Origin: a virus
Lineage: Duplodnaviria > Caudoviricetes
IMG/VR virus record: IMGVR_UViG_3300037264_007944
Span: 1-61,161 of that record
DNA length: 61,161 nucleotides
Direction: 5' to 3' (one strand)
Part shown: positions 7,782 to 16,163 of the stretch, piece after piece
Numbering within the stretch: position 1 is the first letter of the stretch
Layout of the letters: every line of letters begins with the position of its first letter
Program-made: the position numbers and the translations under genes
Notes under the pieces: model-generated
The model's database searches: none
Told to the model about the DNA's origin: nothing
Seen by the model: the letters and a program-made list of their open reading frames with translations, nothing else

Positions 7782-9792
7782 GGACAAAGTGATCTACTAC
7801 AGCATCCCTTGGGACAGCTCGATGAACATCGGCCGATACTACGACTCTTTCATGGAGGCCCTTCCGAACGACGCGGACGCGGCCTGCTTCGTGGACGCGG
7901 ACGCGGCGCTCGTGACAGGGTCGTACGGGCGCCAGTTCGAGGCGATTCTTAGGAGGTACCCGGAGTGCGGGCTCTTCTTTGGGATGACGAACCGCCTCGG
8001 ATGCCAGCACCAGGTCGTGAAGAGCGTCGACCCGGTGTCGAACGACATCGCTTATCATAGGAAGGTCGGCGCAGAGCTCCTGGAGAAGTACTGGGACGAA
8101 TGCGTCCCGGTGACGGCAAGTAAAACCGAGCTCATGAGCGGGGTCCTGTTCATCCTGCGGAAGTCGGCCTGGAAGAAGGCGGGCCGCTTCCTCGACAAGG
8201 GAATCCTCGGCGTCGACAACGACATGCACGCCAAGGTCGCCGCATCAGGAACCACGGTCATGCTTATGAAGGGCGCGTACGTCTACCACTGGTATCGCGG
8301 CGGGAAGCGAAGCGTCACGGCTCACCTGAAGACCACCAGGAAGGCCGTCTACACGGCCATCACCGGAGGGTACGATACGCTCCTAGATCCTGCCGTCGTC
8401 ACTCCGGGATGGGACTACGTCTGCTTCACCAACACCCCTGGGTTGCGGTCGAGCATCTGGAACGTGATCCAGTTTGCCCCTGGTGGCGACCCGGTGAAGG
8501 AGGCCAGGAAGCGGAAGATACTCTCCCACAAGTTCATGGGGTGGTACGGGTTGACGGTCTGGGTCGACGGCAACATGAGGATCCTGCGCGACATGGACGA
8601 CCTCGTGGCCAGGTTCCACGGGCAGAGCGCGATCACGATGATGCGTCACCCTGAGAGGAACTGCATCTACGATGAGGCGGAGGCTTGCAAGGCGCTAAAA
8701 AAGGACAACCCGGCCGAGATCGACGCACACATGGACAGAGTGCGGGCTGCCGGGTGCCCTGAGAAGAACGGCCTGGTAGCCACCGGAGTCATCTTCAGGT
8801 CCGGCTCCGACCCGGACGTTAAGAGGCTCTGCAGCGAGTGGTGGAAGATGGTCGAGGCCGGAAGCCGGAGGGACCAACTAAGCTTCAACTTCGCCGCCTG
8901 GAAGGAGCGGGTGAAGTACAGGGAGGTCGACTTCGACGCCGTCATCGGCCCCATGATCGAGAAGGTGAAGCACACGCGGAAGGCGAAGAGCGTCGAGGTC
9001 GTGCTCCGAGAGCAGGAGCCAAAGAAGGCGTCCCCCAAGTTCGACTTGTCGGCCGGCGACCCTCTCGTGACGATCGTGATTCCGACGAGGAACAGGCCGG
9101 AGCTCCTCGCCCACGCGATCGGCCTGATTAGGATGCAGACGTGGCTGAAGTGTGAGATCGTGATCCTGGAGGACTCGGACCCGGAGTTCAGGATCCCGAA
9201 GATCAACGTCCACGGTATCAACCACATCGTCATGGAAGAGCGCGCGACCGTCGGTGAGAAGCACGACATCGCCTTGCGCGAGGCCAGCGGGGACGTCATC
9301 GCCCATTGGGACGACGACGACTGGTTCTCTGCGGACCGCATCGACGCGCAGGTCAGAACGCTCCGCGAGACAGGCTCCGGCCTCTGCGGGATCGTGCTCG
9401 ACCTGATCTTGATGAACGGGAAGTGGTGGCACCTTGGCCGCGGGATCCGTGAGTCGCTTGGGAACAACGACCTCAAGCCGGAGTTCACGTTCCACGACGG
9501 GGCCGCCATGTACGTTAGGGGCGCCGTCCCGCCTGGGGCGGTCTACGGGAGCCGTCAGGTCGGGCAGAAGGTGAAGCTCCTGAACGAGATGGTCTCCGCC
9601 GGAGTAAAATTGACGTCAGTCGAGAACAACGGGAAGTTCGTGTACGTCAGGCATGAGTCAAACAACTGGAAGTTCGACGAAGTGTCTGCGATGATTCCAG
9701 CTCCAAAGCCGCTGTGGTTCCCAGGGCACGAGGCCCTTTTCTATTCATCCATCGGAGGCGTCCATGCCCGACAAGCAGATCATGTGCGCTGA
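7714..9792 (+). CDS. three-domain glycosyltransferase (GT-A + DUF616/TOD1-like + GT2); start uncertain
   Basis: FVDADA; VYTAITGGYD, WVDGN, HPERNCIYDEA, RDQLSF; VTIVIPTRNR, HWDDDDW. Confidence 0.85.
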   Translation: MARRQCCAASRMKSCKSALDLLEDKVIYYSIPWDSSMNIGRYYDSFMEALPNDADAACFVDADAALVTGSYGRQFEAILRRYPECGLFFGMTNRLGCQHQVVKSVDPVSNDIAYHRKVGAELLEKYWDECVPVTASKTELMSGVLFILRKSAWKKAGRFLDKGILGVDNDMHAKVAASGTTVMLMKGAYVYHWYRGGKRSVTAHLKTTRKAVYTAITGGYDTLLDPAVVTPGWDYVCFTNTPGLRSSIWNVIQFAPGGDPVKEARKRKILSHKFMGWYGLTVWVDGNMRILRDMDDLVARFHGQSAITMMRHPERNCIYDEAEACKALKKDNPAEIDAHMDRVRAAGCPEKNGLVATGVIFRSGSDPDVKRLCSEWWKMVEAGSRRDQLSFNFAAWKERVKYREVDFDAVIGPMIEKVKHTRKAKSVEVVLREQEPKKASPKFDLSAGDPLVTIVIPTRNRPELLAHAIGLIRMQTWLKCEIVILEDSDPEFRIPKINVHGINHIVMEERATVGEKHDIALREASGDVIAHWDDDDWFSADRIDAQVRTLRETGSGLCGIVLDLILMNGKWWHLGRGIRESLGNNDLKPEFTFHDGAAMYVRGAVPPGAVYGSRQVGQKVKLLNEMVSAGVKLTSVENNGKFVYVRHESNNWKFDEVSAMIPAPKPLWFPGHEALFYSSIGGVHARQADHVR

Positions 9793-9943
9793 GTGCAAGC
9801 AGGAGTTCGCCTTCACGGAGGATGAGTCGCAGAGGCTCCACGATCTGGTGAAGGATGGGAAGATCGACGAGTACCACGAGCCCAGGCGCTGCAGGCCCTG
9901 CCGCAACGCGCGCAAGCAGCAGCGTAAGTCCCAGGGCGCCTGA
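9764..9943 (+). CDS. small zinc-ribbon protein (zf-trcl-like), not in the ORF track
   Basis: MPDKQIMCAECKQEFAFT...PRRCRPCR, 59 aa, GGAGG RBS. Confidence 0.8.
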   Translation: MPDKQIMCAECKQEFAFTEDESQRLHDLVKDGKIDEYHEPRRCRPCRNARKQQRKSQGA

Positions 9944-9959
9944 CGTCACGGAGGGGGAG

Positions 9960-10319
9960 TTGAACAGCTACGCCGCGCGCAATCGCACAGACGGCCGGTG
10001 GGACTGGACCTGCCTGAACAACAAGCAGATCTGGAAGACCGGACCGTGCGCGGAGCATGAGGACGGCCACGCCACGAAGGCCGAAGCGGAGAAGCACTTC
10101 TACGACCACGAATCCAAGAAGCTCCGCGAGGTGACCAGCGGCAACCGCGAGATGCACGCCTGCGACGCCCCTGGGTGCAAGACGTTCACGCACATGGGGC
10201 TCGTCGGTCAGCACTGGTTCACGGACACCACCTGGCTCTGCGCACTGCACAATCTGCCGACCGTCGTGGAGATGATGCACCCGTTCAAAGAGGGGATCGA
10301 GATATGGGCGTCGTGGTGA
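9960..10319 (+). CDS. hypothetical Cys/His-rich protein
   Basis: TTG start after a GAGGGGGAG RBS-like run; GC3-rich codons. Confidence 0.6.
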   Translation: MNSYAARNRTDGRWDWTCLNNKQIWKTGPCAEHEDGHATKAEAEKHFYDHESKKLREVTSGNREMHACDAPGCKTFTHMGLVGQHWFTDTTWLCALHNLPTVVEMMHPFKEGIEIWASW

Positions 10320-10822
10320 ACAGCATCATCCCGGACATCATCGAGGGGAAGTCGAAGGTCCACGGCCGCGGCGCCATCTCCGGCCGGCACTACAACTCCG
10401 GCGACGTCATCGCCGACTGGACGCCGACGTTCCTCGCGAGCCGGGCCGAGCTTCCGGCCGGTGAGTGCGTCGCCGTGCAGGTGGGGCCTGACCACTACGT
10501 CCTCGGCGTGGCCGACGGCGCGACCCGCCTCATGAACCACTCGTGCGACCCTGGGGCCGCGGTGATCATCGGCAACGGGAAAGTCATCCTGAAGGCGATC
10601 CGCCCGATCAACCCGATGATGGAGATCACGTTCGACTACTCGATCACCATGCAGGACGACTCGTTCTCCATGACCTGCAACTGCGGCGCGAAGAACTGCC
10701 GTGGGGTCGTGAGGGAGTTCAGGGCGCTGCCTCAGGCAGTGCGCGAACGCTACGAGTGGATGAAGGTCGTCCCTGCGTACGTCCTCGTGGGCGTCACCCC
10801 CGCGAATGCGCGTGCAGGATAG
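10304..10822 (+). CDS. SET-domain protein-lysine methyltransferase with post-SET motif
   Basis: SKVHGRG, RLMNHSCDP, EITFDY, CNCGAKNCRG. Confidence 0.92.
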   Translation: MGVVVNSIIPDIIEGKSKVHGRGAISGRHYNSGDVIADWTPTFLASRAELPAGECVAVQVGPDHYVLGVADGATRLMNHSCDPGAAVIIGNGKVILKAIRPINPMMEITFDYSITMQDDSFSMTCNCGAKNCRGVVREFRALPQAVRERYEWMKVVPAYVLVGVTPANARAG

Positions 10823-11315
10823 CCGCCAGGCGATCCGACCACCCGCGCGAGATGTACTTGAGCTGCCCCATCTCCACGCAGAGCGTCACGAGCTTGTGCA
10901 GCGCGTCCTGGACGCCGATGTCCCCGAAGGCGAGCTTGCGGTTGACCTGCCAGAGCTTGCAGGAGATATCGTCACCGTACTGATCGTAGCCGCGGACTGC
11001 TTTGCGCTGCTCGAACTTCTCGGATCCGTACTCGGAGTAGGTCTCCCGCGGACGATCGTCCAGGGAGCCCTGGCCGTCCGCCTGGGAGTCCACCCAGCCA
11101 GTCTCCAGGCCCCAGCGGTCGTCCTCGTTGTCTGCAGCCTCCTTGATGCGCTTGGCGAGCGGATCTCGGTCCTCCATCCAGCGGCGGATCATGCGGCCGA
11201 TGCTCTCGTCGAGGTCCCACTCCGGGCCGGCCTTGGTCTTCTTGGCCCTGGCGGTCGAGACCGCCTTCCCGATCATTTCGATCAGGTCGAAGACGTACTC
11301 CTTGGTGATCCTCAT
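10794..11315 (-). CDS. hypothetical protein
   Basis: 173-aa ORF with GGAGGAG RBS; faces away from the regulatory gap. Confidence 0.7.
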   Translation of the reverse strand: MRITKEYVFDLIEMIGKAVSTARAKKTKAGPEWDLDESIGRMIRRWMEDRDPLAKRIKEAADNEDDRWGLETGWVDSQADGQGSLDDRPRETYSEYGSEKFEQRKAVRGYDQYGDDISCKLWQVNRKLAFGDIGVQDALHKLVTLCVEMGQLKYISRGWSDRLAAILHAHSRG

Positions 11316-11695
11316 GAATCCGAGACTCCTCCCTATAGACGGACGGTCGAGGTGTTACAACCTGCAGGGTTGGACATTTTTCAGATGAATGCCAGACCTC
11401 CACCCTCTATTGCTTGGCCAGGGCCGATCCTGACACGAAATCGGCACGCCCTTATTAAGGCGGACGGCCAGGCTGAAACCGGACACGAAAACGACACTGC
11501 CCCGTAAAACAGCTGCAATCGGCGTGCCAGGCCTCTCTGGGCCGGTTGGGCCGGTTTCCCGTACGTAGGAGACACCGCCTGCTTGTCTTACGAGGTGACC
11601 CTGGGCAGGTGACACCTTGTCGTCTGAATCCACGAATTTGGTCCCGAAATAGAATGACCAGGGTCCGGTGAATTTGTAAACCTCAATCGGATTTA

Positions 11696-11726
11696 TGTTG
11701 CTCACAGCAACTCTCCGTTGTACATT
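11696..11726 (+). promoter_or_regulatory. palindrome copy 1 overlapping a sigma70-like promoter TTGCTC-N17-TACATT
   Basis: TGTTGCTCACAGCAAC at 11696-11711; -35 at 11698-11703, -10 at 11721-11726. Confidence 0.6.
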
Positions 11727-11731
11727 ATGGG

Positions 11732-11905
11732 TGCAGTGAGGTTGGGCGACAGATAGAGAGGCCATATGGATAGCTGGCCTCGAAATTCTGTTTCCCCCTC
11801 TCTCCAGGGCCAGGCCGCCTTTACAGGGTAGAACCTCGAAGCGGTGGCCTGGCTCCTTTAATCATCACGGGGTCGGTCGCCGTCGCGGCCGACCCCTTTC
11901 TTTTT
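11732..11905 (+). ncRNA. candidate ~170-nt structured small RNA
   Basis: Bounded by a promoter and a terminator, no convincing ORF; stems GAGGCCA/TGGCCTC and GCCAGGCCGCC/GGTGGCCTGGC. Confidence 0.45.
11869..11905 (+). terminator. intrinsic terminator
   Basis: 12-bp stem GGGGTCGGTCGC/GCGGCCGACCCC followed by TTTCTTTTT. Confidence 0.85.
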
Positions 11906-11908
11906 GGC

Positions 11909-11937
11909 TTGACGTCGTAGCTACGTTGCACTACATT
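11909..11937 (+). promoter_or_regulatory. sigma70-type promoter TTGACG-N17-TACATT
   Basis: Near-consensus hexamers with a 17-nt spacer, upstream of ORF 11961. Confidence 0.7.
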
Positions 11938-11960
11938 TACGCTACGTAGGAGAGAGACAG

Positions 11961-12407
11961 ATGGCCGATCCGTACGCGCACTCGAAAGACCCGGCCCCGG
12001 TGTCACCCGCAGGCAAGCACGACCGACACGCCTGCCCGATCTACAAGAAGACAATCTCTCCGTGCAAGGACTGCCTTCCGGCGTACTCCTCGAACCCGGA
12101 GCCGGACCCGGAGCCCATGTGCAAGAACCCTGAAGTCGCGCCAAGTAAGATGCCTGAGCCCACGGGCGAGTTCGCCAATGTCCCGCCAGGCTGGCCGCCG
12201 CAGACCTGGGGCGCGCATCTCGCCTGCATCGCGTGGATGACCGCGATGGGCCGAGGCCACTACAGCTTCACGGAGCCGAAACGGCACATCAAGGCGTACA
12301 CGAAAAAGATCCTCGAGGAAGAGCGGCTCAGGGTGATCAAAATCCTGCGCGAGGCCCACGTGGGCAACATGGACGTCGAGAGGAAGATTTACCCGGAGTG
12401 GCGGTGA
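11961..12407 (+). CDS. hypothetical protein
   Basis: AGGAG RBS; first gene after the promoter. Confidence 0.7.
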   Translation: MADPYAHSKDPAPVSPAGKHDRHACPIYKKTISPCKDCLPAYSSNPEPDPEPMCKNPEVAPSKMPEPTGEFANVPPGWPPQTWGAHLACIAWMTAMGRGHYSFTEPKRHIKAYTKKILEEERLRVIKILREAHVGNMDVERKIYPEWR

Positions 12408-12691
12408 TCCCCGTCCTCAACAAGGGCTGCGACGCCATCCCGAAGGGTGCGATCTACATCGGCCGGCCTGGGCCGTTCGGCAACCCATTCAAGATCGGCA
12501 AGGACGGTGACCGCGACGAGGTCGTCAGGAGGTTCAAGTGGTACTTCGTCAGGAGGGTCGGAGAGGACGCGGTCTTCAGCGGGGCAGTGAAGATGCTGAA
12601 GGCGGAAGCGACCGCGCTGGTATGCTTCTGCGCCCCATTGAAGTGCCACGGAGATGTGATCTCAGAGTACCTTGAGACGATAGGCGTATAG
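12404..12691 (+). CDS. DUF4326-family protein
   Basis: YIGRPGPFGNPFKIGKDGDRDEVV and LVCFCAPLKCHGDVI. Confidence 0.88.
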   Translation: MIPVLNKGCDAIPKGAIYIGRPGPFGNPFKIGKDGDRDEVVRRFKWYFVRRVGEDAVFSGAVKMLKAEATALVCFCAPLKCHGDVISEYLETIGV

Positions 12692-12699
12692 GAGGAAGA

Positions 12700-12972
12700 A
12701 TGCCAAGCCCAGGTACAGAGTTCGGCCGTGAAGTGAAGAATCTCAGGATCCGCGAAGGCCTGACGACCGTCGTCCTGGCCAGAAAGACCGGCACGCACAA
12801 GGGCTACATCTCCGGCATCGAGAACGCCAAGGTGAATCCGCCGTCGAAGAAGATCCTCGTGAAGATGGCGAAAGCCCTCGGGGTGGAACTCAAGTGGCTC
12901 ATGAAGCTGTCCGTCGTGTCGAAGGCCCCCATCGAGATCCGGGCCGAGGTCGAACGGAAGCTGATCGGGTAA
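12700..12972 (+). CDS. XRE-family HTH regulator
   Basis: FGREVKNLR...LARKTGTHKGYISGIENAKVNP. Confidence 0.88.
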   Translation: MPSPGTEFGREVKNLRIREGLTTVVLARKTGTHKGYISGIENAKVNPPSKKILVKMAKALGVELKWLMKLSVVSKAPIEIRAEVERKLIG

Positions 12973-13071
12973 AGAGATGCCGATGGACTGGATCTGTGGC
13001 GCCACGTTCAGCGGGTGCATTTTGAAGGCTGACTTGAAACCTCAGCCATTTTTAGGATAGAGGAGGGAAGC

Positions 13072-13488
13072 ATGGCGAATCTCAACAGCGTCCACCTGAT
13101 CGGCAACCTGACGCGCGACCCGGAGCTCAAGTACACCCCGCAGGGGAAGGCGGTCTGCGAGTTCGGGCTCGCCATCAACAGCTCGTACGTGAACAAGACA
13201 TCCGGCCTGAAAGTCGAGGAAGTCACCTTCATCGAGATCGTGGCGTGGGGGAAGACCGCCGAGATCTGCGCGGAGTACCTGAAAAAGGGCCGGCCCGTGT
13301 TTGTGGAGGGGCGGCTCAAACAGGATCGATGGGAGTCGCCCGAAGGCAAGAAGATGAGCAAGATCCGGGTGACCGCCGAGAACATCCAGTTCCTGGGTGC
13401 GAAGCCGGCCGGCGGGGGACAGCAGGCGCAGGAGGCGCCCGCCGCGGCAGGCGATGGCAGCATACCGGACGGGGACATTCCGTTCTAA
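13072..13488 (+). CDS. ssb: single-stranded DNA-binding protein
   Basis: LIGNLTRDPELKYT, VFVEGRL, acidic C-terminal DGDIPF. Confidence 0.96.
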   Translation: MANLNSVHLIGNLTRDPELKYTPQGKAVCEFGLAINSSYVNKTSGLKVEEVTFIEIVAWGKTAEICAEYLKKGRPVFVEGRLKQDRWESPEGKKMSKIRVTAENIQFLGAKPAGGGQQAQEAPAAAGDGSIPDGDIPF

Positions 13489-13498
13489 CGGAGGTCGC

Positions 13499-13840
13499 AT
13501 GACAGCCTGCGCCCACTGCTGGGAAGCCGTCCTATCCCCCGTGTGGGCAAGCAAGCAGCACGCCGACTGCAAGTCATGCTGCGGGTGCGGCTTCAGCCGG
13601 GTGTCGCTTGGCATCGGCAACTGCAGCCGCTGCACCATAGGCCTGACGGGGCATCCGGCCGTTTTCTACGTGGAGCTCAAGGTTGGAGCTGGCCACCGCT
13701 GGAACATGAACTTGTGCTCGTTGTGCAGGGAATGGCTCAACGAAACCATCCGGAGGTTCTCGGTGATGCAGGACGTCGGCAGGATCCCGGCCGACAGCGG
13801 ACCAAGGATTATCACCCTTCCGGAGGACGACCATGAGTAG
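13499..13840 (+). CDS. Cys-rich hypothetical protein
   Basis: GGAGG RBS; several CxxC pairs. Confidence 0.6.
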   Translation: MTACAHCWEAVLSPVWASKQHADCKSCCGCGFSRVSLGIGNCSRCTIGLTGHPAVFYVELKVGAGHRWNMNLCSLCREWLNETIRRFSVMQDVGRIPADSGPRIITLPEDDHE

Positions 13841-14045
13841 GCCGCAGACGCAGCCCACGAGCTTCAGGCTTCCGGCGGAAGTGATCGACGCTCTTGATGT
13901 TGGGGCGTCCAGATTCGGGATGAGCAGGACGGATTGGCTCACCTTCCTGGCGAAATCGGCCATCGCCGACAAGACGTCCCAGATCGTCTTCAACGAGAAC
14001 GAGGTTATCGTCCGGTCGAGGAAGTGCCCGCTTCGGGAGAGGTAG
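13833..14045 (+). CDS. ribbon-helix-helix DNA-binding protein
   Basis: TSFRLPAEVIDALD..A..FGMSRTDWL pattern. Confidence 0.7.
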   Translation: MSRPQTQPTSFRLPAEVIDALDVGASRFGMSRTDWLTFLAKSAIADKTSQIVFNENEVIVRSRKCPLRER

Positions 14046-14066
14046 CGTGGAGGAGAAGAAAAGCGC

Positions 14067-14309
14067 ATGGGCAAAGCGAGTAGACGCCGCCTGGAAAAAC
14101 GTAATGCTCGACCTAAGGCGAAGAGTGTCGAGGTGCCGAAAGAAACCGAGGAAGAAGATCCGGGTCCAGGGTTCATCGAGGCGATAGAAGCCGCGCAACG
14201 AGGGCACAAGCAGGAGTTCGACGAGAAGTTCGGCACGAACGTCAACGTCGAGATCAAGGACGGCAAGATGCACGTGGGGCTGGCCAAGAAGCCGGAGGCG
14301 AAGTCGTGA
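14067..14309 (+). CDS. hypothetical protein
   Basis: ORF with a purine-rich leader, coupled to the next gene. Confidence 0.6.
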   Translation: MGKASRRRLEKRNARPKAKSVEVPKETEEEDPGPGFIEAIEAAQRGHKQEFDEKFGTNVNVEIKDGKMHVGLAKKPEAKS

Positions 14310-14620
14310 TCTACAGGCCCGCGCACTACGACACGAGCACGACGACGGACACGGCCCCATGGGCCACGCAGTTCGTGGCATCAGCGGCGAACGTCGTCAT
14401 CACCGGGACGATTCCAACCGACATGACGGCGATCCCGGTCTCCGGAAGCGTCGCCGTGTGCTACTCGCCATCCGACGCGGTGTTCCTCGAGCTGCCCAGG
14501 ACGTCCCCAAGAAACCCGCCGCATCCAGCCCCGGCGTGGCGGGCGAAGCTGCAGAAGGTCACCCCCTTTTTTGCCCCACGGCCGGAGTTCCACGCGCGGT
14601 CGAATCCGAGCGGCCGGTAG
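14306..14620 (+). CDS. hypothetical protein
   Basis: GTGA overlap with the upstream gene. Confidence 0.5.
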   Translation: MIYRPAHYDTSTTTDTAPWATQFVASAANVVITGTIPTDMTAIPVSGSVAVCYSPSDAVFLELPRTSPRNPPHPAPAWRAKLQKVTPFFAPRPEFHARSNPSGR

Positions 14621-14653
14621 ATCGATAATCCTTAACCGGAAGTGCTTGCAAAA

Positions 14654-14674
14654 ATTGTTGCTGTGAGCAACAAT
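14654..14674. promoter_or_regulatory. palindrome copy 2 (ATTGTTGCT-GTG-AGCAACAAT)
   Basis: 9-bp perfect arms, 5 nt upstream of ATG 14680; TTGCAA at 14646 may be a -35. Confidence 0.7.
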
Positions 14675-14679
14675 CTGAT

Positions 14680-15090
14680 ATGAAGAAAAAGCTCACGATA
14701 CATGATGTCCTAAGGGCTGAGGCCAAGGCGAAAAAGACCGAGGACCGAGAGTGCCGCGAATACTTCGCCGCCGGGCAGGCCCAGGCGAAGGGCTTCGTGG
14801 CGGAGCTGAACAAGATCGCCAAGCGGCCGGCCAAGTCAACCACCACAAAAGATGACTTCGACCACCTAGACAAGTTGTTCGCGGAGTCCATGATCCTCGC
14901 GACCAAGCTGGCCGAGAACCACAAGGCCTTCCTGGCGAAGCTGATGAAGATCTCCGACAGGATCGACGCTGCCAAGGATAGGCTCCCTTCGGTCCTCGTC
15001 CCGTTCGTCCAGACGGCCCCAATCAAGCCTATGAAGTCGAAGACGACCGTCTACGCTCCGGCGCCGCATCCAATAATCTATTCAAGGTGA
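14680..15090 (+). CDS. protein carrying a scaffold-type YFAAG...GFxxEL motif
   Basis: EYFAAGQAQAKGFVAELNKIA nearly matches the C-terminus of 43947..44438. Confidence 0.7.
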   Translation: MKKKLTIHDVLRAEAKAKKTEDRECREYFAAGQAQAKGFVAELNKIAKRPAKSTTTKDDFDHLDKLFAESMILATKLAENHKAFLAKLMKISDRIDAAKDRLPSVLVPFVQTAPIKPMKSKTTVYAPAPHPIIYSR

Positions 15091-15094
15091 TTGC

Positions 15095-15748
15095 GTGACC
15101 GAGAATGCCGAGTCGGTGTACTGCCCGCAGTGCAGCGGGACCATCTACGTCCCGGGCAGAAACTGGCACGGCGCCGAGCTTCCTCAGGCCTACAAGTGCT
15201 GCTACTGCGAGCCACCGCCAGTCAGCCCGCCTCACGAGGCGGCATCGGCGATCGTGCGAGACCTGACCGAGGATGTGCGCAGACTGCAAAAGTGGGTCAC
15301 AGTCCTGGCCAGGCTCATCCCGCAGGGCTCTGGCCCGGTAACGATGTCGCCGAGCTCGTGGGTGAACGAGGACCTGCACAACATGGGCCTGGCGCTTCCT
15401 GACCACGTTCTCAAGGGCATTCTCGAATTAACCGAAAAGACTTTCCGCGGGTCTCACCCGAAAGGCACCATCTCGGTCAACGTCTGCCTGTACTGCGGCG
15501 ATTCGTATCTGCTGTCCGTGAACAAGTTGGTTGAAAACTCGGTGGTTCTGAACGGCTACGCGATATGCGGCGTCTGCAGCGTGATGAGGCACGAAAACAA
15601 AGAGGTCTTCAGCTGGGTAAGCAAGATTATCAAATTCGGATACGTTCGCGCGCCAGAGCAGATGCCGCCCGTCATGCCGCCCCCGCCGCCTCCGAGGCCA
15701 GACCAGATGGAGCATCACAAGGTGATCACGCTGGACCCTGGAGAGTAA
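15095..15748 (+). CDS. hypothetical Zn-finger protein
   Basis: CPQC, CCYC, CLYC, CGVC motifs. Confidence 0.65.
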   Translation: MTENAESVYCPQCSGTIYVPGRNWHGAELPQAYKCCYCEPPPVSPPHEAASAIVRDLTEDVRRLQKWVTVLARLIPQGSGPVTMSPSSWVNEDLHNMGLALPDHVLKGILELTEKTFRGSHPKGTISVNVCLYCGDSYLLSVNKLVENSVVLNGYAICGVCSVMRHENKEVFSWVSKIIKFGYVRAPEQMPPVMPPPPPPRPDQMEHHKVITLDPGE

Positions 15749-15759
15749 AGCTTCCAAGG

Positions 15760-15787
15760 GAACGACTCGATCAAGGCAAGGTATACT
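15760..15787 (+). promoter_or_regulatory. putative phage late promoter GAACGAC-N15-TATACT
   Basis: Repeated motif; GTG 15795 lies 7 nt downstream. Confidence 0.75.
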
Positions 15788-15794
15788 CGGGCCT

Positions 15795-16163
15795 GTGATT
15801 CTGCTGACGAGTACCGCCGACAAGATCCGCGTCGCCCTGGCCCCGGCCGTCACCACTGACATCCACGCGTCCTACATGGACACGGACGGGGCCGTTTCGG
15901 TCCCTGGCAGGAAGAACACCGCCACAACGATCGAGCTCCTGGTGGACGCCGTCGACCCTCCGGCCCTCACCTTCTCCAGGAACGTGAAGGCCCTCCACAT
16001 CCGGAACAAGCACGCCTCCAGCACGGTGACGATCCTGGTCACCCACACCGACGGCGTGACGACCGTCGAGATCGCCAGAGCCGAGCTTGGCCCAAGCGAG
16101 CTGCTCTCGTTTGTTGAGGGGCAGGGGTTCCGCGTGTACGACTCGAATGGAGCCATCAAGTAG
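15795..16163 (+). CDS. putative virion structural protein (beta-rich)
   Basis: Duplicate of the N-terminal domain of the next gene (STADKIRV...GR.NT...HTDG). Confidence 0.7.
   Translation: MILLTSTADKIRVALAPAVTTDIHASYMDTDGAVSVPGRKNTATTIELLVDAVDPPALTFSRNVKALHIRNKHASSTVTILVTHTDGVTTVEIARAELGPSELLSFVEGQGFRVYDSNGAIK

Noticed and set aside
11316-11960. CRISPR array or tRNA in the largest gap
   Set aside because: No regularly spaced repeats with spacers, and no cloverleaf or T-loop consensus seen.
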